Assembly (NCBI GenBank): GCA_965116695.1
Contig: OZ220706.1
Coordinates: 706,415-770,414 of the forward strand
DNA length: 64,000 nucleotides
Source: Acidobacteriota bacterium
GTDB taxonomy: Bacteria; Acidobacteriota; UBA6911; RPQK01; JAJDTT01
Reading direction: 5' to 3'
Both the position numbers and the translations under genes were made by a program. This document shows, one piece after another, positions 36,642 through 46,747 of the stretch. Numbering within the stretch: the first letter of the stretch is position 1; the number at the start of each line of letters is the position of its first letter. The notes below the pieces were generated by a model. It was not told the DNA's origin and made no database searches. It saw only the letters and a program-made list of their open reading frames with translations.

Positions 36642-37157
36642 CTACTTCCACTCGCCGTAGATTGAACTCAACGGGCCGGGTGCACTTGCATCTAGTACGG
36701 CACATTATATCGCTGGCTCACGCATTGACGATAGCAATGGTGACGGAAATACTTGGGCCAAACGACATAGGCATATTTCACGAGATATTCGAACATTCCA
36801 AGAGGGATAGGAAAACTGTCCTTTTCTCCGGTCCCGCTCAATTTGGGGGTTGCTGCTGCCGCTCCGCTGAATAGGAGCCGAACCTGTTGCGAATGCCAGC
36901 GACCAACATCTCCTCGCCGTTGCTCGGAACTGAGAATTCAGTTCGGCCCGTTTCCTGGCGCCATGCGGCAGAGCATCAAATCGGTTCGAGCAAGTCTCAT
37001 ATTGTTCAAGTCAACAAATGGAAGGTCGGATGTCCTTTGAACACAGCCAGTTGTCGGAATCCGGGGTTCAAGGTAGAATTTTGGCAGTCATTTACTGTTG
37101 CACAGCCTTTTCTGTTTGTTCCAGCCTTACCGGACAGACTCCGGGGGGTGATTTCAG

Positions 37158-39728
37158 GTGAGTTCCTGCCGACAACACGTCTCAGACCTGATCTTCCGGA
37201 TTCTCACAGCTACACTTGGAATCCTGTTGCTCATCGGTAGTGCTCTCCTCGGAGCCCCTCCCACAACCGAACAGACCGAGTTCTTCGAGTCGAAAATCAG
37301 GCCGCTACTGGCACGAAACTGCTACCAGTGCCACAGCGAACAGGCAAAGATCCTGTACTCGAACTTGCGAGTAGATGACCGAGCCGCCTTGCTCAATGGC
37401 GGGACTCGTGGACCGGCAATCGTCCCCGGCGACCCGAACTCTAGCCAAATCATTCAAGCAGTCCGCTTCGAGAACCTGGAAATGCCTCCGGATGGAAGGT
37501 TGTCGGAGGACCAGATCGACGCGTTGGTCAAATGGGTGGAGATGGGTGCACCCTGGCCGGATCTGGCGGTCGCCGGCGGTGCCACGACCTCCAACGGGCA
37601 GACGAACCCGGCCGCAGGTCAGAGCCACTGGGCCTGGAAGCCGGTGCAAAAGGTCTCTGCGCCCCCGGTCCGGGACAAAGCCTGGCCAACCGATCCCGCA
37701 GACAACTTTATTCTGAGGAAGCTTGAGGCCGAGGGTCTGGCTCCCTCCCCCGAGGCTGCCCGTTACGCGCTTTTGCGTCGGGTTTACTTTGATCTGATCG
37801 GTCTTCCTCCGGAACCCGAAGTCATCGAGTCCTTCGTCACCGATAATTCCGAACTCGCCTTTGAGAAGGTCGTGGACCAACTCCTGAGATCTCCCGGATT
37901 TGGCGAACGCTGGGGACGGCACTGGCTCGATCTGACCAGCTACGCCGACAGTCTCGGCCAGGGACGCCGCATCCCCGCCAGGGAGGCCTGGCGATATCGC
38001 GACTACGTCATCAACGCGTTCAATTCCGACAAGCCCTACGACCGCTTCGTTCAGGAGCAGATTTCAGGCGACGTGCTCCCTTGGAAGACCGACGACCAGC
38101 GCCGAGAGCAGCTCGTGGCCACCGGCTTCCTGGCCATCGGACCCTGGGCGGTCGTGGATTCCGACAAAGAGAAACTCCGCATGGACGTCGTGGACCACCA
38201 GCTCGACACGCTGGGCCGGGCCCTTCAGGGATTGACCCTCGGTTGCGCCCGCTGCCACGACCACAAGTTCGATCCCATCCCCACCCGCGAATACTACGCA
38301 TTGGCGGGAATCTTCCGCAGCACTCGAACACTCAACGGCCGCATGAGCGGCGGCTTCAGCGACGTCAACCGGGTGTTGCTGCCGGAGACCCCATCCGAGA
38401 TGAGGAAACGCGCCCTGGCCACGGAGGAATACCAACAGGCCCTGGACAGGTTCCTGAGCGAATATGAAGCCGTCGAATCCGAAAAGAAGCGCCTGACCGA
38501 CCGGCAGAAAACGCTCGAAGAGGCAGCAACCGAAGCCAAGGCGGCACTCGAGAAGGAACTCAAGGAAATCAACAAGAAGCTCAAGGAAGCAAAGGACCGG
38601 ATCAGACTGCTGGAGTTCCGGCGGCCGGGTCCGCCGATGGCCATCGCCGTCCAGGATCGGGCGGTCCCCAAGGACAGTCGCGTCAACATCGGCGGGGATC
38701 CGCACAATCTCGGCGAAGAAGTTCCGCGAGGGTTTCTTTCAGTCGCTTCACCTGCCAAGGCGGGCCGCATCGACAGTCATCGAAATCTGAAAGGCTTGTA
38801 TGAGGGATTCCAAAAATCGAGCGGCCGCCTGGAACTGGCCGAATGGCTCATCGACCCGCAGAACCGGCTGCTGGCCAGAGTCATGGTCAACCGGATCTGG
38901 CATCATCTCTTCGGCGCCGGCCTGGTCCGGACGGTCGACAATTTCGGCGCCGGCGGCGAGCCGCCCAGCCATCCGGAACTGCTCGACTACCTCGCCACCC
39001 GCTTCGTCGAGCTGGGATGGTCCGTCAAGGGCATGATCCGCGAAATCGTTCTCACTCGGACCTACCGCCAGGCCAGCCGTTACAATTTGAAAGGCCACGA
39101 GGTCGACCCGGACAACCGCCTGCTCTGGCGGGCCAATCGCCGGCGTCTGGAGGCGGAAGCCTATCGCGACTCCGTGCTGGCCATCAGCGGAGCCCTGGAC
39201 CGCACCCGGGGAGGCCCTACCCTGCCCCTGGACATCCCTGAGAGTATCGCGTTGGGTTTTCCCACGGCGCTGACGCAGGACGCCAAGGTGAACGACGAGT
39301 TTCTGAATCGTCGAACCATTTACCTGCCGTCGGTGCGCAAGAATCAGCTCCCGCAGCTCGACCTGCTGAATCTCTTCGATTTCCCCGATCCCGATCAGAC
39401 CATCGGAGCCCGGTCGGTCACCACGGTCCCCACACAGAGCCTCTTTCTCATGAATTCTTTGTTCCTCCGGGAGCAGGCTCTGCTGACGGCCCGCACCCTC
39501 TTGGAGTCCGGAGGTCCGGACGACAAAACGCGGGTCTCCGGTTTTTTCCTGCGAGCCTTGAACCGGCCCGCCACAGAGCAGGAAGTGGACCAGGCGCTGG
39601 ATTTCATCGCGAAATTCCAAGAGAAGCTGGGCCGCCTGCCGGAGGCTTCCGGCAATTCGCGCCTCAAAGCCTGGGCGCGTTACTGTCACTCCATATTCGC
39701 GTCAAACGAATTCCTTTTTCGAGGATAG
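37158..39728 (+). CDS. PSCyt1/PSCyt2/PSD1 (DUF1549/DUF1553) secreted protein, module 1
   Basis: Signal peptide, then CYQCHS (Planctomycete cytochrome C domain); second CxxCH (CARCHDHKFDPI); coiled-coil linker; followed by a DUF1501 gene. Confidence 0.8.
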   Translation: MSSCRQHVSDLIFRILTATLGILLLIGSALLGAPPTTEQTEFFESKIRPLLARNCYQCHSEQAKILYSNLRVDDRAALLNGGTRGPAIVPGDPNSSQIIQAVRFENLEMPPDGRLSEDQIDALVKWVEMGAPWPDLAVAGGATTSNGQTNPAAGQSHWAWKPVQKVSAPPVRDKAWPTDPADNFILRKLEAEGLAPSPEAARYALLRRVYFDLIGLPPEPEVIESFVTDNSELAFEKVVDQLLRSPGFGERWGRHWLDLTSYADSLGQGRRIPAREAWRYRDYVINAFNSDKPYDRFVQEQISGDVLPWKTDDQRREQLVATGFLAIGPWAVVDSDKEKLRMDVVDHQLDTLGRALQGLTLGCARCHDHKFDPIPTREYYALAGIFRSTRTLNGRMSGGFSDVNRVLLPETPSEMRKRALATEEYQQALDRFLSEYEAVESEKKRLTDRQKTLEEAATEAKAALEKELKEINKKLKEAKDRIRLLEFRRPGPPMAIAVQDRAVPKDSRVNIGGDPHNLGEEVPRGFLSVASPAKAGRIDSHRNLKGLYEGFQKSSGRLELAEWLIDPQNRLLARVMVNRIWHHLFGAGLVRTVDNFGAGGEPPSHPELLDYLATRFVELGWSVKGMIREIVLTRTYRQASRYNLKGHEVDPDNRLLWRANRRRLEAEAYRDSVLAISGALDRTRGGPTLPLDIPESIALGFPTALTQDAKVNDEFLNRRTIYLPSVRKNQLPQLDLLNLFDFPDPDQTIGARSVTTVPTQSLFLMNSLFLREQALLTARTLLESGGPDDKTRVSGFFLRALNRPATEQEVDQALDFIAKFQEKLGRLPEASGNSRLKAWARYCHSIFASNEFLFRG

Positions 39729-41161
39729 TGATCATGAACCTCCCGCTTCACCGAAATTTGACGCGCCGCCGTTTCCTGCGATCCTCCGCCTGCGGATTCG
39801 GGTCAGTGGCGCTGGCCGCCATGTGCTCCGAGCAGGCTGCGGCCGCGGCCGGCCCCCTGGCGCCGAAGGTTCCGCATCTTCCGCCCCGAGCCAAGCGCGT
39901 GATCTTCATGTGGATGGCGGGCGGCCCTTCCCAGCTCGACATGTTCGACTACAAGCCGCGGCTGGCGAAAGAGAGTGGAGAAGCCATCCCCTACGCGATT
40001 CCTGACGGGGTCGGAATGGATTTGAGCCGCCTCATGGGGCCGATCTCCCCGATGCGGCCCCGGGGACAGTCCGGGATGATGCTAACCGACTGGCTGCCCC
40101 ACATGGCGAAGCACGCCGATGAGTTGTGCCTGCTCCGGGCCATGCAGGCGGACAACGAAGCTCATGCCCCCGCGGCACGGCAACTGCACACCGGCGATCC
40201 CCGCCTGATTCGTCCGTCCATGGGATCGTGGGTCGGGTACGGGCTGGGAACCGAGAACCGGAACCTGCCCAGCTTCATCACCATCTGTCCGCTCCTCGTA
40301 GGCGACACCGGGAACGTCCAGTTTTTCGGGAATGCGTTCCTCCCCGCCATCTACCAGGGAACGGCGCTGGGAAACCGGGCCACCGGCGCCGGGAAGGCGG
40401 TGTTTCGCTATATCGAGGATCCGAGCCTGCCTGTCGAGCTGCAGCGCGATCAGGTGGATTTCATTCAGCAGATGAACCGGGCGCACCTGCAACAGGTTCG
40501 AGCCGACCGCCAGATGGAGGGACTCATCCAGTCCTTCGAGCTGGCGTTTCGAATGCAGTCGGAGGCTCCGGATCTCATCGACCTGTCGTCCGAGTCCAAG
40601 GCCACGCTCGATCTCTACGGTATCGGCCAGAAAGAGACCGACGAATTCGGACGCCAGTGCTTGCTGGCGCGCCGCTTCGCCGAAGCCGGTGTGCGCTTCA
40701 TTCAGATCACCTCGAGCGGCTGGGACCATCACGAAGCCATCGGCAAGGGTCTTCCCAGGAAGTGCGCCAACATCGACAAGCCCACGGCCGGCCTGATCAC
40801 CGACCTCAAGGCCAGGGGACTGTTCGACGACACCCTTCTGGTCTGGTCAGGTGAGTTCGGGCGAACCCCCCACTTCGAGGACTTCTCCTTCGGAGACAAA
40901 TCCCAATACGGCCGGGGACACAACCCCGAAGGGTTCTGCGCCTGGATGGCCGGCGGCGGCGTGCGCGGGGGCATGGTCCACGGCGTCACCGACGAGTACG
41001 GTCTCCGGGCCGTCGACCAGAAGGTGCACATCCACGACCTGCACGCCACGATCCTCCACCTTTTGGGCCTCGACCACGAAAGGTTGACCTACCGCTACAG
41101 CGGTCGAGACTTCCGCCTCACGGACGTCTACGGGCGGGTGGTGAAAGAGATCCTCGCGTGA
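39728..41161 (+). CDS. DUF1501 family protein (sulfatase-like, Tat signal), module 1
   Basis: RRRFLRSSA Tat motif; MWMAGGPSQLDMFDYKP and GEFGRTP hallmarks; start overlaps the upstream stop. Confidence 0.8.
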   Translation: MIMNLPLHRNLTRRRFLRSSACGFGSVALAAMCSEQAAAAAGPLAPKVPHLPPRAKRVIFMWMAGGPSQLDMFDYKPRLAKESGEAIPYAIPDGVGMDLSRLMGPISPMRPRGQSGMMLTDWLPHMAKHADELCLLRAMQADNEAHAPAARQLHTGDPRLIRPSMGSWVGYGLGTENRNLPSFITICPLLVGDTGNVQFFGNAFLPAIYQGTALGNRATGAGKAVFRYIEDPSLPVELQRDQVDFIQQMNRAHLQQVRADRQMEGLIQSFELAFRMQSEAPDLIDLSSESKATLDLYGIGQKETDEFGRQCLLARRFAEAGVRFIQITSSGWDHHEAIGKGLPRKCANIDKPTAGLITDLKARGLFDDTLLVWSGEFGRTPHFEDFSFGDKSQYGRGHNPEGFCAWMAGGGVRGGMVHGVTDEYGLRAVDQKVHIHDLHATILHLLGLDHERLTYRYSGRDFRLTDVYGRVVKEILA

Positions 41162-41249
41162 CGACAGGCGCGGGCAGGTCCTGAGTGGCGGCCGCTCGGA
41201 TCAGCGCCGAGTCGAGTGGCACGATGACAGGCTGGTCTGATTCCTTCCC

Positions 41250-42392
41250 TTACGACGTCACTTCCTGGGTTCTACCCGTTTCCGCCGCCCGGTAGGCAGC
41301 GAAAATCACCCTCATGAGGTGGAGGCACTCCGTTGCTGTCATGGGCGGCGGCGAGAGCCCCAAGGCGGCGTCAACCGCCTCCTGCACCAGCGGGCCGTAC
41401 ACGTAAGGAGGATTGGGATCGTCCTGATATTGGAAGGATTGGACACCCCGGGGCGCCTCGGGATGGGTGGAGTACCACTTCAAAGTTCGCCCATAGGGCA
41501 GGTCCATATGGAACCAACCCTTCGAACCCCAGAACCGGACCTGGTTCTGGTAGCCCTCACCCAGGTAGTACCCGGTGTTGAGGGTTCCCACCAGGCCCTT
41601 GCTGAGGCGAAAGGAGACGACTGCCGCATCCTCCACCTCGATGGGCTGGCCCCCCACGTTCTCGCAGAGGGATGTGATCCGGTCAATTCGATCTCCGGTG
41701 AGGAACTGGATCAGGTCCAGATAGTGGATTCCATGGAAGATGAGCTTTCCGCCTCCGGCCTTGTCCTTGAAGGAGAGCCAGGAGCGTTGATGTTCGGGGC
41801 GGCTCAGACGTGTCTTGTCGCTGATCCAGTCCATGGTGGCCGAGTAGGGCTTTCCCAGGTAGCCGGAACGGATCAGGTCGCGCGCCTTCTTGACGGCCAG
41901 ACTCATTCGGGTCGCCATGGCCAACATCAGGTCCAGGCCGCGCGACTGCGCCAGCTCCACCAGGGGCTCGAAGTCTTCCAGGCGGGAACACCCCGGCTTC
42001 TCCGTCATCACGTGGCTGTTCGCCTCCAGGGCCAATCTCATGGCGGGAGGGGCGTGATGCCCTTCCAACGTCACGACCACCAGCTTGGGGTGCACTTTCT
42101 CCAGCAGTTCCCGATGGCTTCGGTAGGTTCCTTCCAGACGACCGCCCAGTAGTTGTTTCGCCAGCTTGAAGGTCTTCCCCGTGGGGTCGGAAACCGCCAC
42201 CCGGCCCACTCCACGGGCCTGCGCGAAGCCCTTCAGGTAGTGTTCGGCGTGGCTGCCGGCTTCGCTGAAAAGGCCGGCGCTGAGGGACCCCTCAGCCGGT
42301 AGAGACCAGGCAGGTCCTGCTCTCCCGGAAGAAACGGCGAGGGTGGCCAGCCCTCCCAGGATCCGGCGCCGGGTGATTCTCTCCTGGTACAT
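41250..42392 (-). CDS. Gfo/Idh/MocA-family NAD(P)-dependent oxidoreductase with Tat signal
   Basis: RRRILGGLATLAVSS; Rossmann N-terminus; EKP motif (VMTEKP). Confidence 0.75.
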   Translation of the reverse strand: MYQERITRRRILGGLATLAVSSGRAGPAWSLPAEGSLSAGLFSEAGSHAEHYLKGFAQARGVGRVAVSDPTGKTFKLAKQLLGGRLEGTYRSHRELLEKVHPKLVVVTLEGHHAPPAMRLALEANSHVMTEKPGCSRLEDFEPLVELAQSRGLDLMLAMATRMSLAVKKARDLIRSGYLGKPYSATMDWISDKTRLSRPEHQRSWLSFKDKAGGGKLIFHGIHYLDLIQFLTGDRIDRITSLCENVGGQPIEVEDAAVVSFRLSKGLVGTLNTGYYLGEGYQNQVRFWGSKGWFHMDLPYGRTLKWYSTHPEAPRGVQSFQYQDDPNPPYVYGPLVQEAVDAALGLSPPPMTATECLHLMRVIFAAYRAAETGRTQEVTS

Positions 42393-42468
42393 GGATTCCT
42401 CCTTCGATACGGTCATCCGGCCGCGCTTCCACGCGGCCTATGCTGACGTGCCCTCCATTGCGAGCGCG

Positions 42469-42822
42469 TCAAGCGCCGGCTTTCGTCGTCGTTATCCACC
42501 GGCTCAGGATGAAGACCGCCAACGGGATCATGTAGATCATGATTCCCCCCAAATGGCTCACCTGATAGGAGAACAGGAATTCGTAGATCCAAACGCCGGC
42601 CGCGGTGAACGCGCTGGCTGCGACAAACGCCGAGTCCCGCCGTGTCCAGACCCGCTTTTTCCTGGGAAGAAGGACGAGATAGATCACCAGCCCGGTGATC
42701 AGAAAGCCCAGGAAGTGCAGCGGCCGGTACAGTGGGGGGCCGACGTACTGATCCAGGGACGCCAGTCTTTCGTACAGGAGGACTGACAGGACTACGGCAA
42801 CGACGAGCCGCAGGAATCTCAT
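42469..42822 (-). CDS. Small hypothetical integral membrane protein
   Basis: 117 aa, 3-4 hydrophobic segments. Confidence 0.35.
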   Translation of the reverse strand: MRFLRLVVAVVLSVLLYERLASLDQYVGPPLYRPLHFLGFLITGLVIYLVLLPRKKRVWTRRDSAFVAASAFTAAGVWIYEFLFSYQVSHLGGIMIYMIPLAVFILSRWITTTKAGA

Positions 42823-42885
42823 CTTCCAGCCGCCTTGCGGGAGCCTTCGGACCGCTTCGCTCGAATCAGTTCATGGAAGCAGACA

Positions 42886-43668
42886 TCAGTTGCGGAACGA
42901 GGGGTCCCTCTGGTCCATGAGCCGGACCAGGGCGTCAAATTCCAGTTGGCCCAGGTCGGCGGCGCACTGGGCGAAATCATCCATCTGATCCGCCGACCGC
43001 TGGACGACCGTATCGGACGGGATCACCAGTTTCTGCCGGCAGGCCATGGCGTCGAGCTGGACCTGGCAGGCCCGCTCAAGACGGTAGATGTGCAGGAACG
43101 CCTCGGGGACGGTCTCTCCAACGCTCAGCAGGCCATGATTGCGCAGGATCATGACGTTCGCCGTGCCCAGGTCCTCAGCGAGCTTCTTGCGCTCCTCCAG
43201 AAAAAGCTGGGAGCCTTCGTAGTCGTGGTAGCCGATGTTGTTGTAGAAGCTGGTGGCGTTCATGCTGATGTTCAGGAGTCCGCATTCCAGCGCCGCTACG
43301 GCCATTCCGGCCCGGGTATGGGTGTGGATCACGCAGTGGGCATTCTCGCGGTGTTGGTGAATCGCGCTGTGGATGACGAACCCGGCCGGGTTGAAGGGGT
43401 ATTGGGAGGGCTCCACGAGATTCCCGTCGAGGTCGATTTTGACCAGGCTCGAAGCGGTCATCTCATCATAGCGCAGCCCGTAGGGGTTGATCAGAAAGTG
43501 GTGTTCGGGGCCGGGCACGCGCAGCGAGATATGCCCGTAGATCAGCTCGCACCAGCCGAAGTAGTCCACGATCCGGTAGCACGCCGCAAGCTGGACCCTG
43601 AGGTCCCATTCGACAGCATCGACTTCCCGAGGGACCTCGGTGACTACGGATGCCTGTATCGCCGCCAT
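42886..43668 (-). CDS. Class II aldolase/adducin-family protein (fuculose-phosphate aldolase/ribulose-5-P epimerase-like)
   Basis: GHISLRVPG ... HTHT ... ILRNHGLL pattern; AGGAGG SD sequence 7 nt before the ATG. Confidence 0.75.
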   Translation of the reverse strand: MAAIQASVVTEVPREVDAVEWDLRVQLAACYRIVDYFGWCELIYGHISLRVPGPEHHFLINPYGLRYDEMTASSLVKIDLDGNLVEPSQYPFNPAGFVIHSAIHQHRENAHCVIHTHTRAGMAVAALECGLLNISMNATSFYNNIGYHDYEGSQLFLEERKKLAEDLGTANVMILRNHGLLSVGETVPEAFLHIYRLERACQVQLDAMACRQKLVIPSDTVVQRSADQMDDFAQCAADLGQLEFDALVRLMDQRDPSFRN

Positions 43669-43684
43669 GGCTGATCCTCCTTCC

Positions 43685-43710
43685 AGGAGGGGGACTTTCC
43701 TGTCCCCCCC
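43685..43710 (+). repeat. G/C-arm hairpin element AGGAGGGGGAC-tttcct-GTCCCCCCC with T-rich tail
   Basis: 17 nt upstream of the aldolase start, antisense to it. Confidence 0.7.
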
Positions 43711-43757
43711 TTCATTCCTTTGTCTGTTCTCTATTGCCGCATTGTTGAATCTGGAGT

Positions 43758-43812
43758 TCGGCGGCTAGAAAGCCGCCGCTCCCATCCGGCGGCAAGAGAG
43801 CCGCTGCTCCTT
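43758..43812 (-). repeat. Two tandem G/C-arm hairpins in minus orientation (GGCGGC-tttcta-GCCGCC; GGCAGCGGC-tctctt-GCCGCCGG)
   Basis: Read directly; inverted relative to the adjacent element at 43685. Confidence 0.55.
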
Positions 43813-43833
43813 TGGGATGAGGTTACCATGACG

Positions 43834-45213
43834 TCAGGACGTTTCAAATCGGCGGGCGATCCGGTCCCACTGGTACCCGAGCCCCGTCCCCCGGAGCGTC
43901 GACGTGCGGATCCTTCCCTGCTCCAGCTTGAAGAAATCGGGGTGAACCGCCCGCTCCGGTTCGCTGCTGGCAGGAAAGAACTGGCGGCTGTTGGACTCGA
44001 CGCCCCGAATCGTCTGCAGCCGGCCCGCCAGCCCAGCGGATTGGAGGAGAGCGATGCCTGGGTTCGTCAGATCCTGAACCGCGAACGGAACGCCGGCCGC
44101 GGCCGCACGGGACGCCAGCACCAGCTCGGCCGACTGGCATTTGCAGGTCTTCAGGGCCAGACCGCTGTAACCCAGTTCAAGTGCCAGCTCCAGATCCTCC
44201 AGCGAGCTCAGGGCCTCGTCCACGATCACCGGTTTGATCTGCCGCAGCTCCGTCATGTCCAGCATGCGTCGTCGCAGGTCCCGCTCACAGGGCTGTTCCA
44301 CGTAGAGCAGAGAGTCGAACGCAGCCCGGTTCTCTTCCCTCAACCGAACCAGCAACTCCACCATGTATTGGGGTGTGTCGCACATCTCATTCGTGTCCGC
44401 CGTGAGCCACAATTCATCAACACCGAGGCGGCGTTGTTCCGCACGGGTCAGGCGATGGACCTCCAGCAGCCGGTTGAGATCCCACTCCAGATCGGTCCCC
44501 AACAGCTTGACCTTCAAACAGCGGAGCGCCTCGTAGCGGATCCATTGGTCCAGGGAGACGGGAAGGCCGTCGTCGGGATCGTCTTGCGTGACTTCGGATT
44601 CCGAGAGCTTGTCCATTCCTCCCACCAAGTGGAAGGCATCCACCTGTTCCGGCAGGGGATGCAGAAAATTCTCCACATGGCGTCCTGCGAAGGAAGGCCC
44701 CAACCACCGGGAGAGATCGTGATCCATGTGTCCGGAGCCGTAGCCCAGGTAGGTGTCGATGCCCGCCGCGTTGCCGAAGGCGTCGTGGACGGCGGCGTCG
44801 GCCGCGGAGGCGCAGATGAGGGCGTTGAGCCGGGGCATCTCCTCGGCGGCCCCCGCGTCCCGGCAGAGGTCGCGCGCCAGGGTCTCCAGTTCCGGCTCCA
44901 GTTCCCAGAAGAGGTCGATGGGGTGGGTGAAATCCCGTACCTCTCGGAGACGCCGGCACCACGAACGCACCAGTTGGACCATCAGGTCCTCCCGCTGCGG
45001 ATGGTCCACGCAGCTCGACGGCCAGCCCCAGACGTCGGACAGAAAGATGGCGCCCCAGCCTTCTCCCCTCTGCCCGCGCCGGTTCTCCACCCGGACCCGA
45101 ACGTGACACAGCCAGGCCGAATCCATCACCACTCCGCCGAACTTCAGGGGTGTCCGCGACAGCTCCCGGGTGAAAAAAGGCTGTATCTCCAGGATCCGAA
45201 TATCCGTCTCCAT
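43834..45213 (-). CDS. Enolase-superfamily enzyme (MR/MLE-type acid-sugar dehydratase-like)
   Basis: LTADTNE (Asp ligand), YVEQP (Glu ligand), IVDEAL (Asp ligand), KTCK general-base lysines. Confidence 0.65.
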   Translation of the reverse strand: METDIRILEIQPFFTRELSRTPLKFGGVVMDSAWLCHVRVRVENRRGQRGEGWGAIFLSDVWGWPSSCVDHPQREDLMVQLVRSWCRRLREVRDFTHPIDLFWELEPELETLARDLCRDAGAAEEMPRLNALICASAADAAVHDAFGNAAGIDTYLGYGSGHMDHDLSRWLGPSFAGRHVENFLHPLPEQVDAFHLVGGMDKLSESEVTQDDPDDGLPVSLDQWIRYEALRCLKVKLLGTDLEWDLNRLLEVHRLTRAEQRRLGVDELWLTADTNEMCDTPQYMVELLVRLREENRAAFDSLLYVEQPCERDLRRRMLDMTELRQIKPVIVDEALSSLEDLELALELGYSGLALKTCKCQSAELVLASRAAAAGVPFAVQDLTNPGIALLQSAGLAGRLQTIRGVESNSRQFFPASSEPERAVHPDFFKLEQGRIRTSTLRGTGLGYQWDRIARRFETS

Positions 45214-45223
45214 AACTCGTTCC

Positions 45224-46501
45224 CTACCCTGCCAACAAGCTCTTCACCATCGGCACGACCCTGAGGGCCGTCATGCCCGCGATTCCCAGCAGGATGGTGA
45301 CGCCCACAAGGACGAATGCCCGTTCCGGCAGCGACAACGGACGCCGCGCCATGGCGTCCCGGTCGAAGAAGGCCAGCAACGTGGCCAGGACACCCAGAGG
45401 CATCGCCAGCAGGGTCAGGGCCTGGGCCAGGGCGAGAGCCCGGATCTCCAACTGGCTCTTGGCAGCGGAAGCCGACGCGGCCCCTGTGTCCGCCGGCGCC
45501 TCGGACTGGAGAATGGCGACGGCGGTGACCATGCCGATGAGCAGGATGATTCCGGCGATGAGCTTGGTGGTGGAAGAGTTCACCTTCCCCCCCAGGCCCA
45601 GCCCGTCGTTGATCAGGACCCCGCCGACCATGGCGTTGGTCACGAAGCTGGAGAAAGCGGCCGTGCCGAAGCCGACGCAGAAGATGATCCGGGCGTAGGG
45701 TCCGAAGACGCCTTCCAGTTGCATCGCCATGCCGGCAGCGCTGTCCACACGTCCGCCCGGATACAGCACGGCGGCCGCGGTCATCATGATCACGCAGCCG
45801 ATGGCCGTGTAGAGAATGGACGCCAGCACCGTGTCGGTGACGCCGCTGGAGAGATCCTCTTCCTTCCACCCCTTGGCACGGACCAGGTAGGCCTGGAAGA
45901 AGGCCGCCACCATCACGAACGTGGTCGCCACCAGGCCGCCCAACGTGAGCCAGTCGGCGCCCTCCGGAATATTGGGGATGGTCGCGCCCTTCAGGGCGGA
46001 CAACCAGTCGGGGCCGGCCCACAACAGGTTGGCCGCGAAGGCCAGGACCATGAAGACCAGGAAGAAGGTCATCAACCTTTCCAGCAGCAGGTAGATGTTT
46101 CGGAAGCCTGCAAGAAAGACGATGGACACCAGAGTGAAGCCCACCGGCCAGACCAACTTGGGGACGTCTCCAAAGAGCGTGGTCATGGCGGCGGTGACGC
46201 CCAGGTTGTTGCCGAACTGGAAGGTGGCGTTCACCGACGCCAGGGAGAACCCGCAGACCACGGCGAACCACGGTCCCAGCTTCCGGGAGGCCAGTCCCAG
46301 AAAGGTCTCCCGTGAGTAGAGTCCGAATCGTAGGAAGAGGGCGAGAAACCCCGCCATGAGAGCGCCGGCGAGGATGGCCAGCCAGAGCATGGAGTAGCCG
46401 TAGACGGCGCCGGTGCGTGACATGAGCGTGACGCTGCCCGGTCCGATGATACAGGCCCCCACGATGAATGCGGGTCCGATACGTCTCAATCCGACGGCCA
46501 T
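45224..46501 (-). CDS. mntH: NRAMP-family divalent metal (Mn2+/Fe2+) transporter, MntH-like
   Basis: N-terminus IGPAFIVGACIIGPGSVT...GYSMLW aligns with E. coli MntH LGPAFIAAIGYIDPGNF...GYQLLW; about 11 TM segments. Confidence 0.65.
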   Translation of the reverse strand: MAVGLRRIGPAFIVGACIIGPGSVTLMSRTGAVYGYSMLWLAILAGALMAGFLALFLRFGLYSRETFLGLASRKLGPWFAVVCGFSLASVNATFQFGNNLGVTAAMTTLFGDVPKLVWPVGFTLVSIVFLAGFRNIYLLLERLMTFFLVFMVLAFAANLLWAGPDWLSALKGATIPNIPEGADWLTLGGLVATTFVMVAAFFQAYLVRAKGWKEEDLSSGVTDTVLASILYTAIGCVIMMTAAAVLYPGGRVDSAAGMAMQLEGVFGPYARIIFCVGFGTAAFSSFVTNAMVGGVLINDGLGLGGKVNSSTTKLIAGIILLIGMVTAVAILQSEAPADTGAASASAAKSQLEIRALALAQALTLLAMPLGVLATLLAFFDRDAMARRPLSLPERAFVLVGVTILLGIAGMTALRVVPMVKSLLAG

Positions 46502-46525
46502 GGTCGATACCTCCCCCTATTGTCT

Positions 46526-46634
46526 ATTGGGAGCGTTGGTTTTCCTACCCCCGCTGTTCCAACGGGAGCGGGGTTGTCTTACCCCCGCTCTTCCAACAGG
46601 AGCGGGGGTTTTCCTACCCCCGCTCTTCCGAAGG
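46526..46634 (+). repeat. Tandem array of 3 copies of a 34-bp hairpin unit: TTCCAACGGGAGCGGGGG-ttttccta-CCCCCGCTC
   Basis: 9-bp G/C arms with TTTTCCTA or TTGTCTTA loop; intergenic between divergent NRAMP and PSD genes. Confidence 0.8.
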
Positions 46635-46661
46635 AAGCAGGGTCGAAAATGGCACAGGGAA

Positions 46662-46687
46662 GAGGGGGACTAAAAGTCCCCCCTCCT
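46662..46687 (-). repeat. G/C-arm hairpin element GAGGGGGAC-taaaag-TCCCCCCTCCT
   Basis: Minus orientation, 60 bp upstream of PSD module 2. Confidence 0.65.
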
Positions 46688-46747
46688 GGCGACGATTTTC
46701 GCCCTGGACTGATATACTCTCGCGACACCCCGAATCGAGGTCGGCGT

